Source of the DNA: Patescibacteria group bacterium
GTDB lineage: Bacteria; Patescibacteriota; Patescibacteriia; PEXW01
DNA length: 64,000 nt
NCBI GenBank assembly: GCA_041671325.1
Contig: JBAZBR010000002.1
Span: forward strand, 9,978-73,977
Direction of reading: 5' to 3'
Under the pieces are notes generated by a model. It searched no databases and had not been told where the DNA came from. It worked only from the letters and a program-made list of their open reading frames with translations. The position numbers were made by a program, and so were the translations under genes. Position 1 is the stretch's first letter, and the number at the start of each line of letters is the position of its first letter. Below are positions 53,517 through 63,810 of the stretch, piece after piece.

Positions 53517-53535
53517 AGTTTAATTAAAATAAAAA

Positions 53536-54303
53536 ATGAACATAATTGCTTACATATTTATTTTTCTCCTCGGCCTCTGCATTGGCAGTTTTTTAAATGT
53601 GGTGATTTTGCGCTTGCCCAAGAAAAAGAAATTTTTGAAATTAAACCAAAGGTCAAAATGTCCAAAGTGCCGGCACGCTTTGCGTTTTTTGGATTTGGTT
53701 CCGCTTTTTAGTTTTCTATTTCTGAAATTCCGCTGCCGATATTGCCACAAAAAAATCAGCTGGCAATATCCTTTGGTGGAATTTTTAACCGCGCTGTTTT
53801 TTGCCTTAATTTTTTGGCAATACGGTTTGACTTGGGTAGCATTGATTGGCTTTATTGGCGCAGGGTTTTTAATGGCTTTAGCTTTTATTGACGGAAAATT
53901 CCAAATTGTCCCAGACAGCATAAGCCTGCCAGGAATAATTATAATTTTAGTATTGCAGCTTTTGACCAATTTTAAAGATTGGCAAAGCTTGCTTCTTGGC
54001 TTGCTACTTGGCTCAACCTGGTTTTTACTGCAGTGGGTGGTTTCCAAAGGCAAATGGGTGGGTAGCGGCGATATCCGCATTGGTGCTTTATTAGGAGTAT
54101 TCTTGGGTTTCTGGGGTACTGCCTTGGCGCTTTTCGCTTCCTATTTTATGGGCAGCCTCTGGGCAATATATTTGCTTTCCAGAGGCAAAGCCAAGTTAAA
54201 AAGCAAGATCCCCTTTGGCGTGTTTTTGGGGATTTTTGGCATTTTAGCCTTTATTTTTGGGCCTGAAGTGGTATCCTGGTATAAGGGGATTATCGGTTTG
54301 TAA
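53536..54303 (+). CDS. pilD: prepilin peptidase PilD (A24 family)
   Basis: N-terminal CxxC...CxxC zinc module. Multiple TM. Conserved Asp-containing motifs. Confidence 0.85.
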   Translation: MNIIAYIFIFLLGLCIGSFLNVVILRLPKKKKFLKLNQRSKCPKCRHALRFLDLVPLFSFLFLKFRCRYCHKKISWQYPLVEFLTALFFALIFWQYGLTWVALIGFIGAGFLMALAFIDGKFQIVPDSISLPGIIIILVLQLLTNFKDWQSLLLGLLLGSTWFLLQWVVSKGKWVGSGDIRIGALLGVFLGFWGTALALFASYFMGSLWAIYLLSRGKAKLKSKIPFGVFLGIFGILAFIFGPEVVSWYKGIIGL

Positions 54304-54340
54304 ATCCAGCACCACTTTTCAACAAAACATTAAAAAATTC

Positions 54341-55243
54341 ATGGCTAAATTGAAAAAAGGATTTTCAATCCTGGAAATATTAGTGACTATAGGCATCACT
54401 GCGCTCCTAATGGGCGTGGTCATTGGCAATTACCGCCGGGGCGGCGATGACAGTATTTTGGAAAAAGAAATCAACTTGCTTATGACCAGAGTTAGGCTGA
54501 CCCAGGAACAGACTGCCGGCGGGACAACCGGAAAATATTGCGAAAATCCAAATTATGGCAAAACTTGCAGTGTAGATTCGGATTGTCCTTCATCAACAAC
54601 TTGTTTGGAGGCTGATACGCCAAAAGGCGGTTATGCAATAGTTTTTAATTGTGACCCGAGTTATCAGTGGGGTTTGGATTATCCAAAAATGGACGTAATG
54701 GATGATGTAACCGAAACCAATACTACCCCTTATTTTATTTTTGGCGATAGGCTTTCCTGTAATTCTAATTGTTTTAATAATTTAAATTTTGATTGGTCTT
54801 ATATAGACTCTGATGGCCTGATAACTCTGATAAATTCTTCTCCTATGATAAACCCTCCTACCATAGGAGACACCCTGGTTAATACTTATGAGCTGGATAA
54901 TAAATTAGTGTTTAAAGATTTGCAGATAGTTTCCTCTAATTTAGAAATGTATTCTTGTAAATCAATTAATTTGTCAGATTTGAGAGGGAGGCCGGTTCCA
55001 GACCACGGTGTTGTTCCCGCGGAGTATCCCTTACAAGCGACAATCAGGTTTAAACCGCCAGACGGCAGGCAATTGGAAATTACTGATGGCGTTAGGACAC
55101 AAACACCTGGCGGAAATAATTGGCAGAAAGTAAGCGTAATGTTCGGCTTAAAAGACCGGAATACGGATTGCAAAATCGTGTCAATTAGCAAAGACGGATT
55201 TATTACTAAAGATAATGATCCGAATTGCAGTTTTGAGAGTTAA
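54341..55243 (+). CDS. minor pilin-like protein (MAKLKKG|FSILEILVTIGITAL)
   Basis: Class III signal at ATG 54341. The ORF track starts at 54257, upstream of the likely start. Confidence 0.75.
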   Translation: MAKLKKGFSILEILVTIGITALLMGVVIGNYRRGGDDSILEKEINLLMTRVRLTQEQTAGGTTGKYCENPNYGKTCSVDSDCPSSTTCLEADTPKGGYAIVFNCDPSYQWGLDYPKMDVMDDVTETNTTPYFIFGDRLSCNSNCFNNLNFDWSYIDSDGLITLINSSPMINPPTIGDTLVNTYELDNKLVFKDLQIVSSNLEMYSCKSINLSDLRGRPVPDHGVVPAEYPLQATIRFKPPDGRQLEITDGVRTQTPGGNNWQKVSVMFGLKDRNTDCKIVSISKDGFITKDNDPNCSFES

Positions 55244-55298
55244 TTTCTAAAAGTTAAAAAATAATTAATAAACAAAGAAATAGACAATTAAAGAGTTT

Positions 55299-55405
55299 AT
55301 CCAGCACCACTTTTCAATAATACGCTATAAATATCACTATGAATTTTGACCAGAAAAAAATCAATAACCAGCACGAAAGACCTTTTTTGAAAAGTGGTGC
55401 TGGAT
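55299..55405. repeat. perfect 19-bp inverted repeat (atccagcaccacttttcaa ... ttgaaaagtggtgctggat) flanking the start codon and leader-coding region of the minor pilin gene
   Basis: Exact reverse complements at 55299-55317 and 55387-55405. Further copies at 54304-54322, 57847-57863 and 57955-57974/57978-57997. Confidence 0.7.
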
Positions 55406-56343
55406 TTACCTTGATTGAAACCCTGGTAGCGATGGGGATTATGCTGGCTTTATTGTCCGTGATTTTGGCGAATTACCGGCGGGGCAATGATGACAGCGTC
55501 TTAAACCGGGAAACCGCAATGTTAATGTCTAATATCAGGTTAGCACAGGAAGAAACCGCGGCTGGCCAAATTTTACGTTTTTGCACTACTAATATTGGGC
55601 AAACCTGTAAAACCGATTCAGATTGTCCGACGGGCGATACCTGTAATCCAACCCAAGAAACTCCTAAAGGTGGATATGGGATTGTTTTAGGTTGCAAGAA
55701 TGGTACTGTTGTGGGTACGACGTTGCCGTGGATTGAGCATGGGGTGGATATCAGTAACCCGAATAATCCAAATGCTTATTTTTTATACGGTGATAACCTG
55801 AGCTGTGTTGGCTCAACAGCGTACAATTCTTGCTTTCCGATGAATCCTTTACTTTATAACCCCAATGGTCCGACTTCATATGACAGGAGAATTGGCAGCT
55901 GGCAAACTGGTGAGAATTATGGTGATACTTTGGAAAAAGAAGTAGTATTGAATGATAAAGTTAAGATTAAAGATTTTAAATTAACCAGGGGAACTGATTC
56001 AAACCTGACTTATTATACATGCGATGTATCGAATACTGGTCTTAGCGCAGATCATTATTCCCCTTGGAGCCTGTCCGGTGCTATTATTCCAGGAATTAAT
56101 ACTGTTGTTCCAGCAAATTATCCTTTGCAATTATATATCAATTTTTCTCCGCCTACTGGCAGACAAACATACATCTCTGATAATATTGAATATTTTTTGC
56201 CTGGCGGACCTAACTTGACAGACATCTGGCTTAAAGCGGAAATTATGCTGGGGGTAAAAAACCGTGATACTGACTGCCAGGTTGTTACTGTTACTAAAGA
56301 GGGCATGATCAGCCGGTCAGTCGATGCGGATTGTAAATTTTAG
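55339..56343 (+). CDS. minor pilin-like protein with long leader (MNFDQKKINNQHERPFLKSGAG|FTLIETLVAMGIM)
   Basis: Class III signal. Possible alternative TTG start at 55387 giving the leader MKSGAG. Confidence 0.75.
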   Translation: MNFDQKKINNQHERPFLKSGAGFTLIETLVAMGIMLALLSVILANYRRGNDDSVLNRETAMLMSNIRLAQEETAAGQILRFCTTNIGQTCKTDSDCPTGDTCNPTQETPKGGYGIVLGCKNGTVVGTTLPWIEHGVDISNPNNPNAYFLYGDNLSCVGSTAYNSCFPMNPLLYNPNGPTSYDRRIGSWQTGENYGDTLEKEVVLNDKVKIKDFKLTRGTDSNLTYYTCDVSNTGLSADHYSPWSLSGAIIPGINTVVPANYPLQLYINFSPPTGRQTYISDNIEYFLPGGPNLTDIWLKAEIMLGVKNRDTDCQVVTVTKEGMISRSVDADCKF

Positions 56344-56355
56344 GTTTTAATTAAA

Positions 56356-57456
56356 ATGAATTTTTTTGGCTTAAAAAAGAAAACCCATAAAGGCCAGACC
56401 CTCTTAGAAGCCATCATCGCCATTGGCGTGATTATGACTGGCGTAATTGGCTCTTTGGTTTTGGTTACCACGACCATAAAGCTTGGCCGGACAAACCAAG
56501 ACCGGGTCATTGCCCAAAATCTGGCCAGGGAAGGCATGGAATTGGTTTATAATCTCAGGAATTCCGCAACCCTAATGGGCATTGAATCGCCCTATATAAG
56601 CTGGGATTATTTTTTATACAAAAAAAAATCAAAAGCGGTCTTAGGCTATAAGGAATATTATGATATTGCCACTGGAGAAGGGACAGAATCTAGTCCTTGT
56701 GTTAACGCGCCAGATGTTAGTTCTAATGATAATAAACTGAATGACTGTGATGCAATAGTTATTGAAAAATACTTATTTGAACCACCAAATATTTTGCCTC
56801 CGATTTGTGAAGATTATCAATATCCCGTCCCAGGTACACCGCCCTATACAACAACTCCTTGTGATTTTAATGGCGATGACAAATTGAACATTACTGATGT
56901 GGTTTGGCTAATTAATTATATATATAGAAATTCTTACATTATGGCCTATGGCGGTTATCCGCAAATTTTGACAACTGTTGCCGGGAGCATTAAGCCTTAT
57001 GAAAAAATAGATTTTAATCAAGACAACAGCACTTTATTTTTTATCGGCACTGATCCGCTAGCAAATATTCCCGCAGCTTGGGAAGCCCCAACGGTTGATG
57101 ATCCTAACCTGATTGAAAAGAGAAGCCGGGTTTATAAATATAACAATACTTACACTCAAAATGTCCTTCCAGATACTACCCCTGGATTGGAAAAGACAAA
57201 ATTTTACCGCATGATAACCCTGCAATCTGTTTGCCGCGGAACACACAATGGTACTCCTGACACCACTGTTTTACTGCCAGTAGACTCAGTTCTCAATTGC
57301 TACGACTACGTGAGAACACAGGTTTGGAATGTTGCTGACGCTAACACCGTAAAAAAAGTCGGGATTTTAGCAAATGTTGAAGTTCGCTGGTCAACAGCCT
57401 TGAGTCCAACCAATGTCAAATACCAAGAATTTATTTACGATTGGATTAATTTTTAA
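56356..57456 (+). CDS. PilV-like minor pilin (leader ...KKTHKG|QTLLEAIIAIGV) carrying a dockerin-like Ca-binding repeat (DFNGDDKLNITDVVWLINYIY)
   Basis: PilV-type N-terminus. Dockerin type-I-like repeat. Confidence 0.6.
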   Translation: MNFFGLKKKTHKGQTLLEAIIAIGVIMTGVIGSLVLVTTTIKLGRTNQDRVIAQNLAREGMELVYNLRNSATLMGIESPYISWDYFLYKKKSKAVLGYKEYYDIATGEGTESSPCVNAPDVSSNDNKLNDCDAIVIEKYLFEPPNILPPICEDYQYPVPGTPPYTTTPCDFNGDDKLNITDVVWLINYIYRNSYIMAYGGYPQILTTVAGSIKPYEKIDFNQDNSTLFFIGTDPLANIPAAWEAPTVDDPNLIEKRSRVYKYNNTYTQNVLPDTTPGLEKTKFYRMITLQSVCRGTHNGTPDTTVLLPVDSVLNCYDYVRTQVWNVADANTVKKVGILANVEVRWSTALSPTNVKYQEFIYDWINF

Positions 57457-57494
57457 TCCCGCGCCAATTCATTTGAACGCTTAAACTGCCAACC

Positions 57495-57575
57495 ATGAAT
57501 TTTTACCGGCAAAAAATTGACAATCAACAAAAAAGACTTTCATTGAAAAGTGGTACGGGATTAATAAATGACTAG
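57495..57575 (+). pseudogene. decayed copy of the minor-pilin 5' module (MNFYRQKIDNQQKRLSLKSGTGLIND*), truncated after the leader
   Basis: Nucleotide similarity to 55339-55410 and 57886-57960. Stops after 26 codons. Confidence 0.45.
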
Positions 57576-57885
57576 ATTTGAAAAATGTATTTTGTCTATT
57601 TATTACGAAGCAAGAAAAATAAAGCAATTTACATTGGCTCCACCAATAATTTAAAATTGAGACTACGACAGCACAATAAAGGACTAGTGTTTTCAACAAA
57701 AAGATATATGCCTTGGGAATTAGTATATTATGAAGCATATAATAACGAAGGCCAAGCCCGTTTGCGGGAAAAGAGGCTTAAATACAATGGTAATGCTATT
57801 AGAGAATTAAAAAGAAGAGTTGGGTTGTGATAATTACATGGGTTTACCCAGCACCACTTTCCATAAAAATAATTAATAATAATTA
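57576..57885 (+). mobile_element. GIY-YIG nuclease gene inserted between tandem copies of the pilin 5' module
   Basis: Flanked by homologous leader-module copies at 57495-57575 and 57886-57960. Confidence 0.45.
57585..57830 (+). CDS. stand-alone GIY-YIG nuclease family protein (81 aa), paralogue of the 20599 gene
   Basis: MYFVYLLRSKKNKAIYIGSTNNLKLRLRQHN GIY-YIG motif. Confidence 0.7.
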   Translation: MYFVYLLRSKKNKAIYIGSTNNLKLRLRQHNKGLVFSTKRYMPWELVYYEAYNNEGQARLREKRLKYNGNAIRELKRRVGL

Positions 57886-57978
57886 ATGAGATTTTACTTG
57901 AAAAATATCCAAAATCACAAAAAAAGACTTTTTTTGAAAAAAAAGGTGGGATTTATCCAGCACCACTTTTCATTCCGA

Positions 57979-58743
57979 ATGAAAAGTGGTGCTGGATTCA
58001 CGCTTATTGAGGTCATTATTGCCATGGCGGTTTTTTCCGTTGCTATGGTTTTGGCAACCGCCACTTTTGTCTCTTTTGTCCAAAGCCAAAGAAGGACCAT
58101 TACCCAGCAGGAAATGCAAAATGATGCCCGCTCAGCCATTGAGGAAATCGCCCAGGTCTTAAGGGAAGGCGTGGTTGATTATGCTTATTATTCTACCAAT
58201 TTTACAGAACCAATTGAAAAAACCATACTTTTTGATTCTCTTGATGGCACGGGAAAAAAATGTTTGGCAATCCGGAGCGCTTTGAATGAATATTATTATT
58301 ATAAATTAGACGGCGGGGTAATAAAAAAATATTTTTCAGCTAGCCCTATCAGCACTTCTTGCGTTGGCGGCACGAACTGGTCGGTTGTAACACCAGAAAA
58401 TTTAACCATAACCAATTTCACTTTTTTAATCACCCCTTCCCAAAACCCATTTCAGGGTAAATCTTACCAAGCATGCGGAACCCCGGGGGCTCCGACTGCC
58501 TGCACCGAATGGGGGACTTATTGCAATGAAGATGGTAGTATCGATTGTGCTTACCAAAAAGGGACTTCCTGTTATTGCGTACCAAAAGTTTATGGTGATT
58601 TAATCCCTTTGCACCCAAAAGTCACTTTCAGTTTGACCGTATCCAGGAAAGCCAACCAGACCACGCTTTCAGAAACCTACCAAACCACCATAACCAGCCG
58701 GGTCTATAAGAATTTTGACCTTTTAAACCGCTATGCGCCTTAA
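57979..58743 (+). CDS. PilW-like minor pilin (MKSGAG|FTLIEVIIAMAVF). An alternative upstream start at 57886 would give a 41-aa leader.
   Basis: Class III signal. The start codon lies in the stem of a perfect 20-bp hairpin. Confidence 0.7.
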   Translation: MKSGAGFTLIEVIIAMAVFSVAMVLATATFVSFVQSQRRTITQQEMQNDARSAIEEIAQVLREGVVDYAYYSTNFTEPIEKTILFDSLDGTGKKCLAIRSALNEYYYYKLDGGVIKKYFSASPISTSCVGGTNWSVVTPENLTITNFTFLITPSQNPFQGKSYQACGTPGAPTACTEWGTYCNEDGSIDCAYQKGTSCYCVPKVYGDLIPLHPKVTFSLTVSRKANQTTLSETYQTTITSRVYKNFDLLNRYAP

Positions 58744-60019
58744 TATTTCCCACAGAAAAAAAGCTAAGAAATCAGCCAATCAAGAAAATAAAGGCATAAC
58801 TCTGCTAGTTTCTTTATTGGTTATGTCAGTGGTGGTGGCGATTGGCATTACCATCAGCACGGTAGTGGTCTCCCAGGTGAAAATTAATTTAGTCGTTACC
58901 CAAGGCCACCAGAATTATTATATCGCCGAATCAGGCATTGAAAACGCTTTAGAGACGTTAAAAGAAAAAAAAGGCGGCACGATTGCAGAAGCCTTAACAG
59001 CCATACAAAGTTTAGTTTTTCCGTCTGGCAGCGATATAACCGCCGATTTAACAAAAAGCGATAGTCTTTCCGGCGGCCAGACCGTACCCACAGAACTTAA
59101 GGAAAATAGCAGTGCGTTTATTGATTTATATGATGTAGACGCAAGTTTGTCCTCGATTGGGATAGATCCTCCAGTTTTTTGCGTTTATGGCGAGTCTACT
59201 GATGAAGAAGCTCCTTATAAAGATAACGAGGTTATGGAAGTTACTTGGATTGCCTGGTCAGAAAATTTGGAGGTTTCCGCGCCGCAAAAAGCCTTAGTCG
59301 CCCATTCAAATTTCAGTGATCCGTCTGGCTGTGCTCCTTATGGCGGTCAGGCAATAGATTTAACTTATTTTTTTTCGGCATTTACGTATACTGGGTCATT
59401 AGCTGGTTTTAGGTTTAAGGTGACTGCCTTAAAACCACCCGGTCCACCAACTCCAGGCGATGGGGATATCAAGAATTTTAAAGTTTATACGTCTCCAACA
59501 GATTTAAGCACGCAAATCCAGGTCAAATCCGTCAGTAATTACGCCGGCCAAACCCAGGCTTTGGTTGCCACTTTCCCTTGGTCAACCCCCCTTTCTTCGT
59601 TTTATGATTTTGTGATTTTTAGTGAAGAGGATTTAAAAAAAGAGTTATCTGTTTCCGTAGACCAAACAATTAAGAAATTTGGGCCATATCCGGCAGTGAG
59701 TAGTCCCATTAGTGACGTGGCTTTTGTTGGCTGCGACAGCTCGCCATGCCAATATTATATTCGTTTGTTAAGAGCTGACGCTAAAACTTGGGGTGAGTTT
59801 GATATTACTACCAGTGGTGCCGCATCTGGCACAGAGCCACAAACAATTATAGTTACATCGAATATTACTAGCTGTATTGTTAGAAATTATTATACTTTTA
59901 GTACTGCTTCTGGAAACACTATTACTTTTAGCGCTATCCCCGCAGATGGTCCAACACAATACGAGCTTATTTCCAAAGCCACTTTTATAGATCCTAGCGA
60001 AACATATTGCCCAACCTAG
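58733..60019 (+). CDS. PilX-like pilus assembly/minor pilin protein
   Basis: PilX_N-like hydrophobic N-terminus KGITLLVSLLVMSVVVAIG. 10-nt overlap with the upstream gene. Confidence 0.5.
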   Translation: MRLNISHRKKAKKSANQENKGITLLVSLLVMSVVVAIGITISTVVVSQVKINLVVTQGHQNYYIAESGIENALETLKEKKGGTIAEALTAIQSLVFPSGSDITADLTKSDSLSGGQTVPTELKENSSAFIDLYDVDASLSSIGIDPPVFCVYGESTDEEAPYKDNEVMEVTWIAWSENLEVSAPQKALVAHSNFSDPSGCAPYGGQAIDLTYFFSAFTYTGSLAGFRFKVTALKPPGPPTPGDGDIKNFKVYTSPTDLSTQIQVKSVSNYAGQTQALVATFPWSTPLSSFYDFVIFSEEDLKKELSVSVDQTIKKFGPYPAVSSPISDVAFVGCDSSPCQYYIRLLRADAKTWGEFDITTSGAASGTEPQTIIVTSNITSCIVRNYYTFSTASGNTITFSAIPADGPTQYELISKATFIDPSETYCPT

Positions 60020-60024
60020 CAAAT

Positions 60025-60924
60025 TTAATTTTCAAGCGGATAAATAAAATCCGTGGAAATGGTTTTGCCTTGCACCAGGACTTTTAGGGCATGGTATTTG
60101 GGCTTGAATAAGCCGCCCAAAGCGCTCTGGGGCAATTGGCCGCCGCCGCCAGTGACTATGACTGGTACGCTTTTAGTCACCTTGCCTTGGCTGTCTTTGG
60201 CCAAAGCCATAGTAAAGTCAAAGTAATTATGGATATGCCCGGTAAAAATTTGGTTAGGCGGGTATTTGGCCAAAATCGCCAGGAACTTAGCGTTGCTGGC
60301 AGTTGAGGTTTTGGTTTCGTCGTCGCCTAGAATCGAAGCTAAAGGATAATTAAAAGGCCGGTGATAAGCCAAAACCAGCACTGAATTTTTTAATTTATTT
60401 TTAGCGTAATCCGCCAGGTCATTTTCCAGCCAGGCAAGTTCGGTTTCCTCAAAGCCGATTTTACGGTTGGAATTATCCAGCAAAACCAGGTGGATATTTT
60501 CTATATCAACTGCTTGCCATCTTGGCCCGACTTGCCCTGTCCAAATGCCCCCATTTTGGTCTTCGGCCAAATCGTGGTTGCCAGGAATATAATAGATGGG
60601 AATTTTTAAGCCCAAATTGGCATGAAGTTTTTTTAAACTTTCGAATTCTGCCTGGGTGCCATTTTCCGTGGCATCACCCACATGCAACAAGAATTTTATT
60701 TCGGGATCTTTGGCAATTTGTCCAATCAGGCCTGTGTATATGGAATTTTCACCTTCATTATCGCCAATGACGGCAAAAGCCAAAGGTTTTTCTTTGGTTT
60801 TTAAGAGTTGAAAATTAGTTAAATCCTGGAAATTAACCTTAATGGGTTTCCAGAGGTTGAAGAGCATTAGCATAGCCAAGCTAACAATCAACACCAAGCC
60901 TGAAATGCGGTATACTGGTTTCAT
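60025..60924 (-). CDS. calcineurin-like metallophosphoesterase, membrane-anchored or secreted
   Basis: GDNEG, HVGD, GNHD and GHIH metal-binding motifs. Start taken at ATG 60924; the track uses TTG at 60942. Confidence 0.75.
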   Translation of the reverse strand: MKPVYRISGLVLIVSLAMLMLFNLWKPIKVNFQDLTNFQLLKTKEKPLAFAVIGDNEGENSIYTGLIGQIAKDPEIKFLLHVGDATENGTQAEFESLKKLHANLGLKIPIYYIPGNHDLAEDQNGGIWTGQVGPRWQAVDIENIHLVLLDNSNRKIGFEETELAWLENDLADYAKNKLKNSVLVLAYHRPFNYPLASILGDDETKTSTASNAKFLAILAKYPPNQIFTGHIHNYFDFTMALAKDSQGKVTKSVPVIVTGGGGQLPQSALGGLFKPKYHALKVLVQGKTISTDFIYPLEN

Positions 60925-61002
60925 AGTAATGGAAGCATACAAGAAAATTTATTTATTTTCCAGAAATTATAGAATATAATTATTCGGAATTTATACTAAT
61001 TA

Positions 61003-61450
61003 TTCCCTCTCCTCTGGCAGGAGAGGGAATCCCGCCAAATGGCGGGATGGGTGAGGAGGAAAACAATTATACATGAGAAAAATATTAACCAATAGAGCAA
61101 GGGTATTTCGAAAAAAACAAACTTCATCAGAGGCTATTTTGTGGCAAAATTTAAGAAATAAGAAACTATTAGGATATAAATTTTATCGGCAATACCCAAT
61201 TAATAACTATATTGTTGATTTTTGTTGTCCGATTAAACGGTTAATCATTGAAGTTGATGGTGGCGGTCATAATTATGACGAACAAAAAGCTAAAGATGAG
61301 ACCCGTGATATTTTTTTAAAAAAACAAAAATTTTATGTTTTAAGGTTTTGGAGTAACGATATTCATAAAAATTTATCCGGAGTAATGGAGACAATTTTTG
61401 ATTTTTTATCCCCCCTCTCCTTTGGTTCCTCCCCCGCATAAGGGGGGAGG
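61003..61450 (+). mobile_element. DUF559 element 3, with a 5' palindromic module (61003-61059) and a 3' palindromic module (61411-61450)
   Basis: ccctctcctctggcaggagaggg, cccgccaaatggcggg and gggtgaggagg at the 5' end. ccccctctcc...cccccgcataaggggggagg at the 3' end. Confidence 0.5.
61073..61441 (+). CDS. DUF559 domain protein, copy 3
   Basis: Conserved DUF559 motifs (YIVDFCCP, IEVDGGGH, RFWSND). Confidence 0.75.
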   Translation: MRKILTNRARVFRKKQTSSEAILWQNLRNKKLLGYKFYRQYPINNYIVDFCCPIKRLIIEVDGGGHNYDEQKAKDETRDIFLKKQKFYVLRFWSNDIHKNLSGVMETIFDFLSPLSFGSSPA

Positions 61451-61489
61451 AAAAATTGAATATCGCTTTGCCTTAAATAAGGTAGATAA

Positions 61490-63511
<2,022 letters not shown>

Positions 63512-63527
63512 GATATAATCAAGGTAT

Positions 63528-63809
63528 ATGCAGCTTTCTGAACAAGATATCGAGCATTTAGCCAAGTTAGCCAGGCTAAATCTGGATAAAACAACTGAAC
63601 AAAAATTTGCCGAGCAGTTGTCTCGGGTCATTGATTATGTTGAGGTGATTAATAATGAACAAATTACAGACGAGGAAAAAAAAGAGTTTGGGGGTTTAAG
63701 TCCAATTGAATTTCGAACTGACAAGCCAGGCGAATCGGATATTAAAAATTTAGAAAAACTGCCGCCTAAAAAAGAAGGTAAATATATCGTTTCACCACCC
63801 TTGACTTAA
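63528..63809 (+). CDS. gatC: Asp-tRNA(Asn)/Glu-tRNA(Gln) amidotransferase subunit C
   Basis: Typical GatC N-terminus (MQLSEQDIEHLAKLARLNL) and length (93 aa). Followed by gatA. Confidence 0.85.
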   Translation: MQLSEQDIEHLAKLARLNLDKTTEQKFAEQLSRVIDYVEVINNEQITDEEKKEFGGLSPIEFRTDKPGESDIKNLEKLPPKKEGKYIVSPPLT

Positions 63810-63810
63810 A

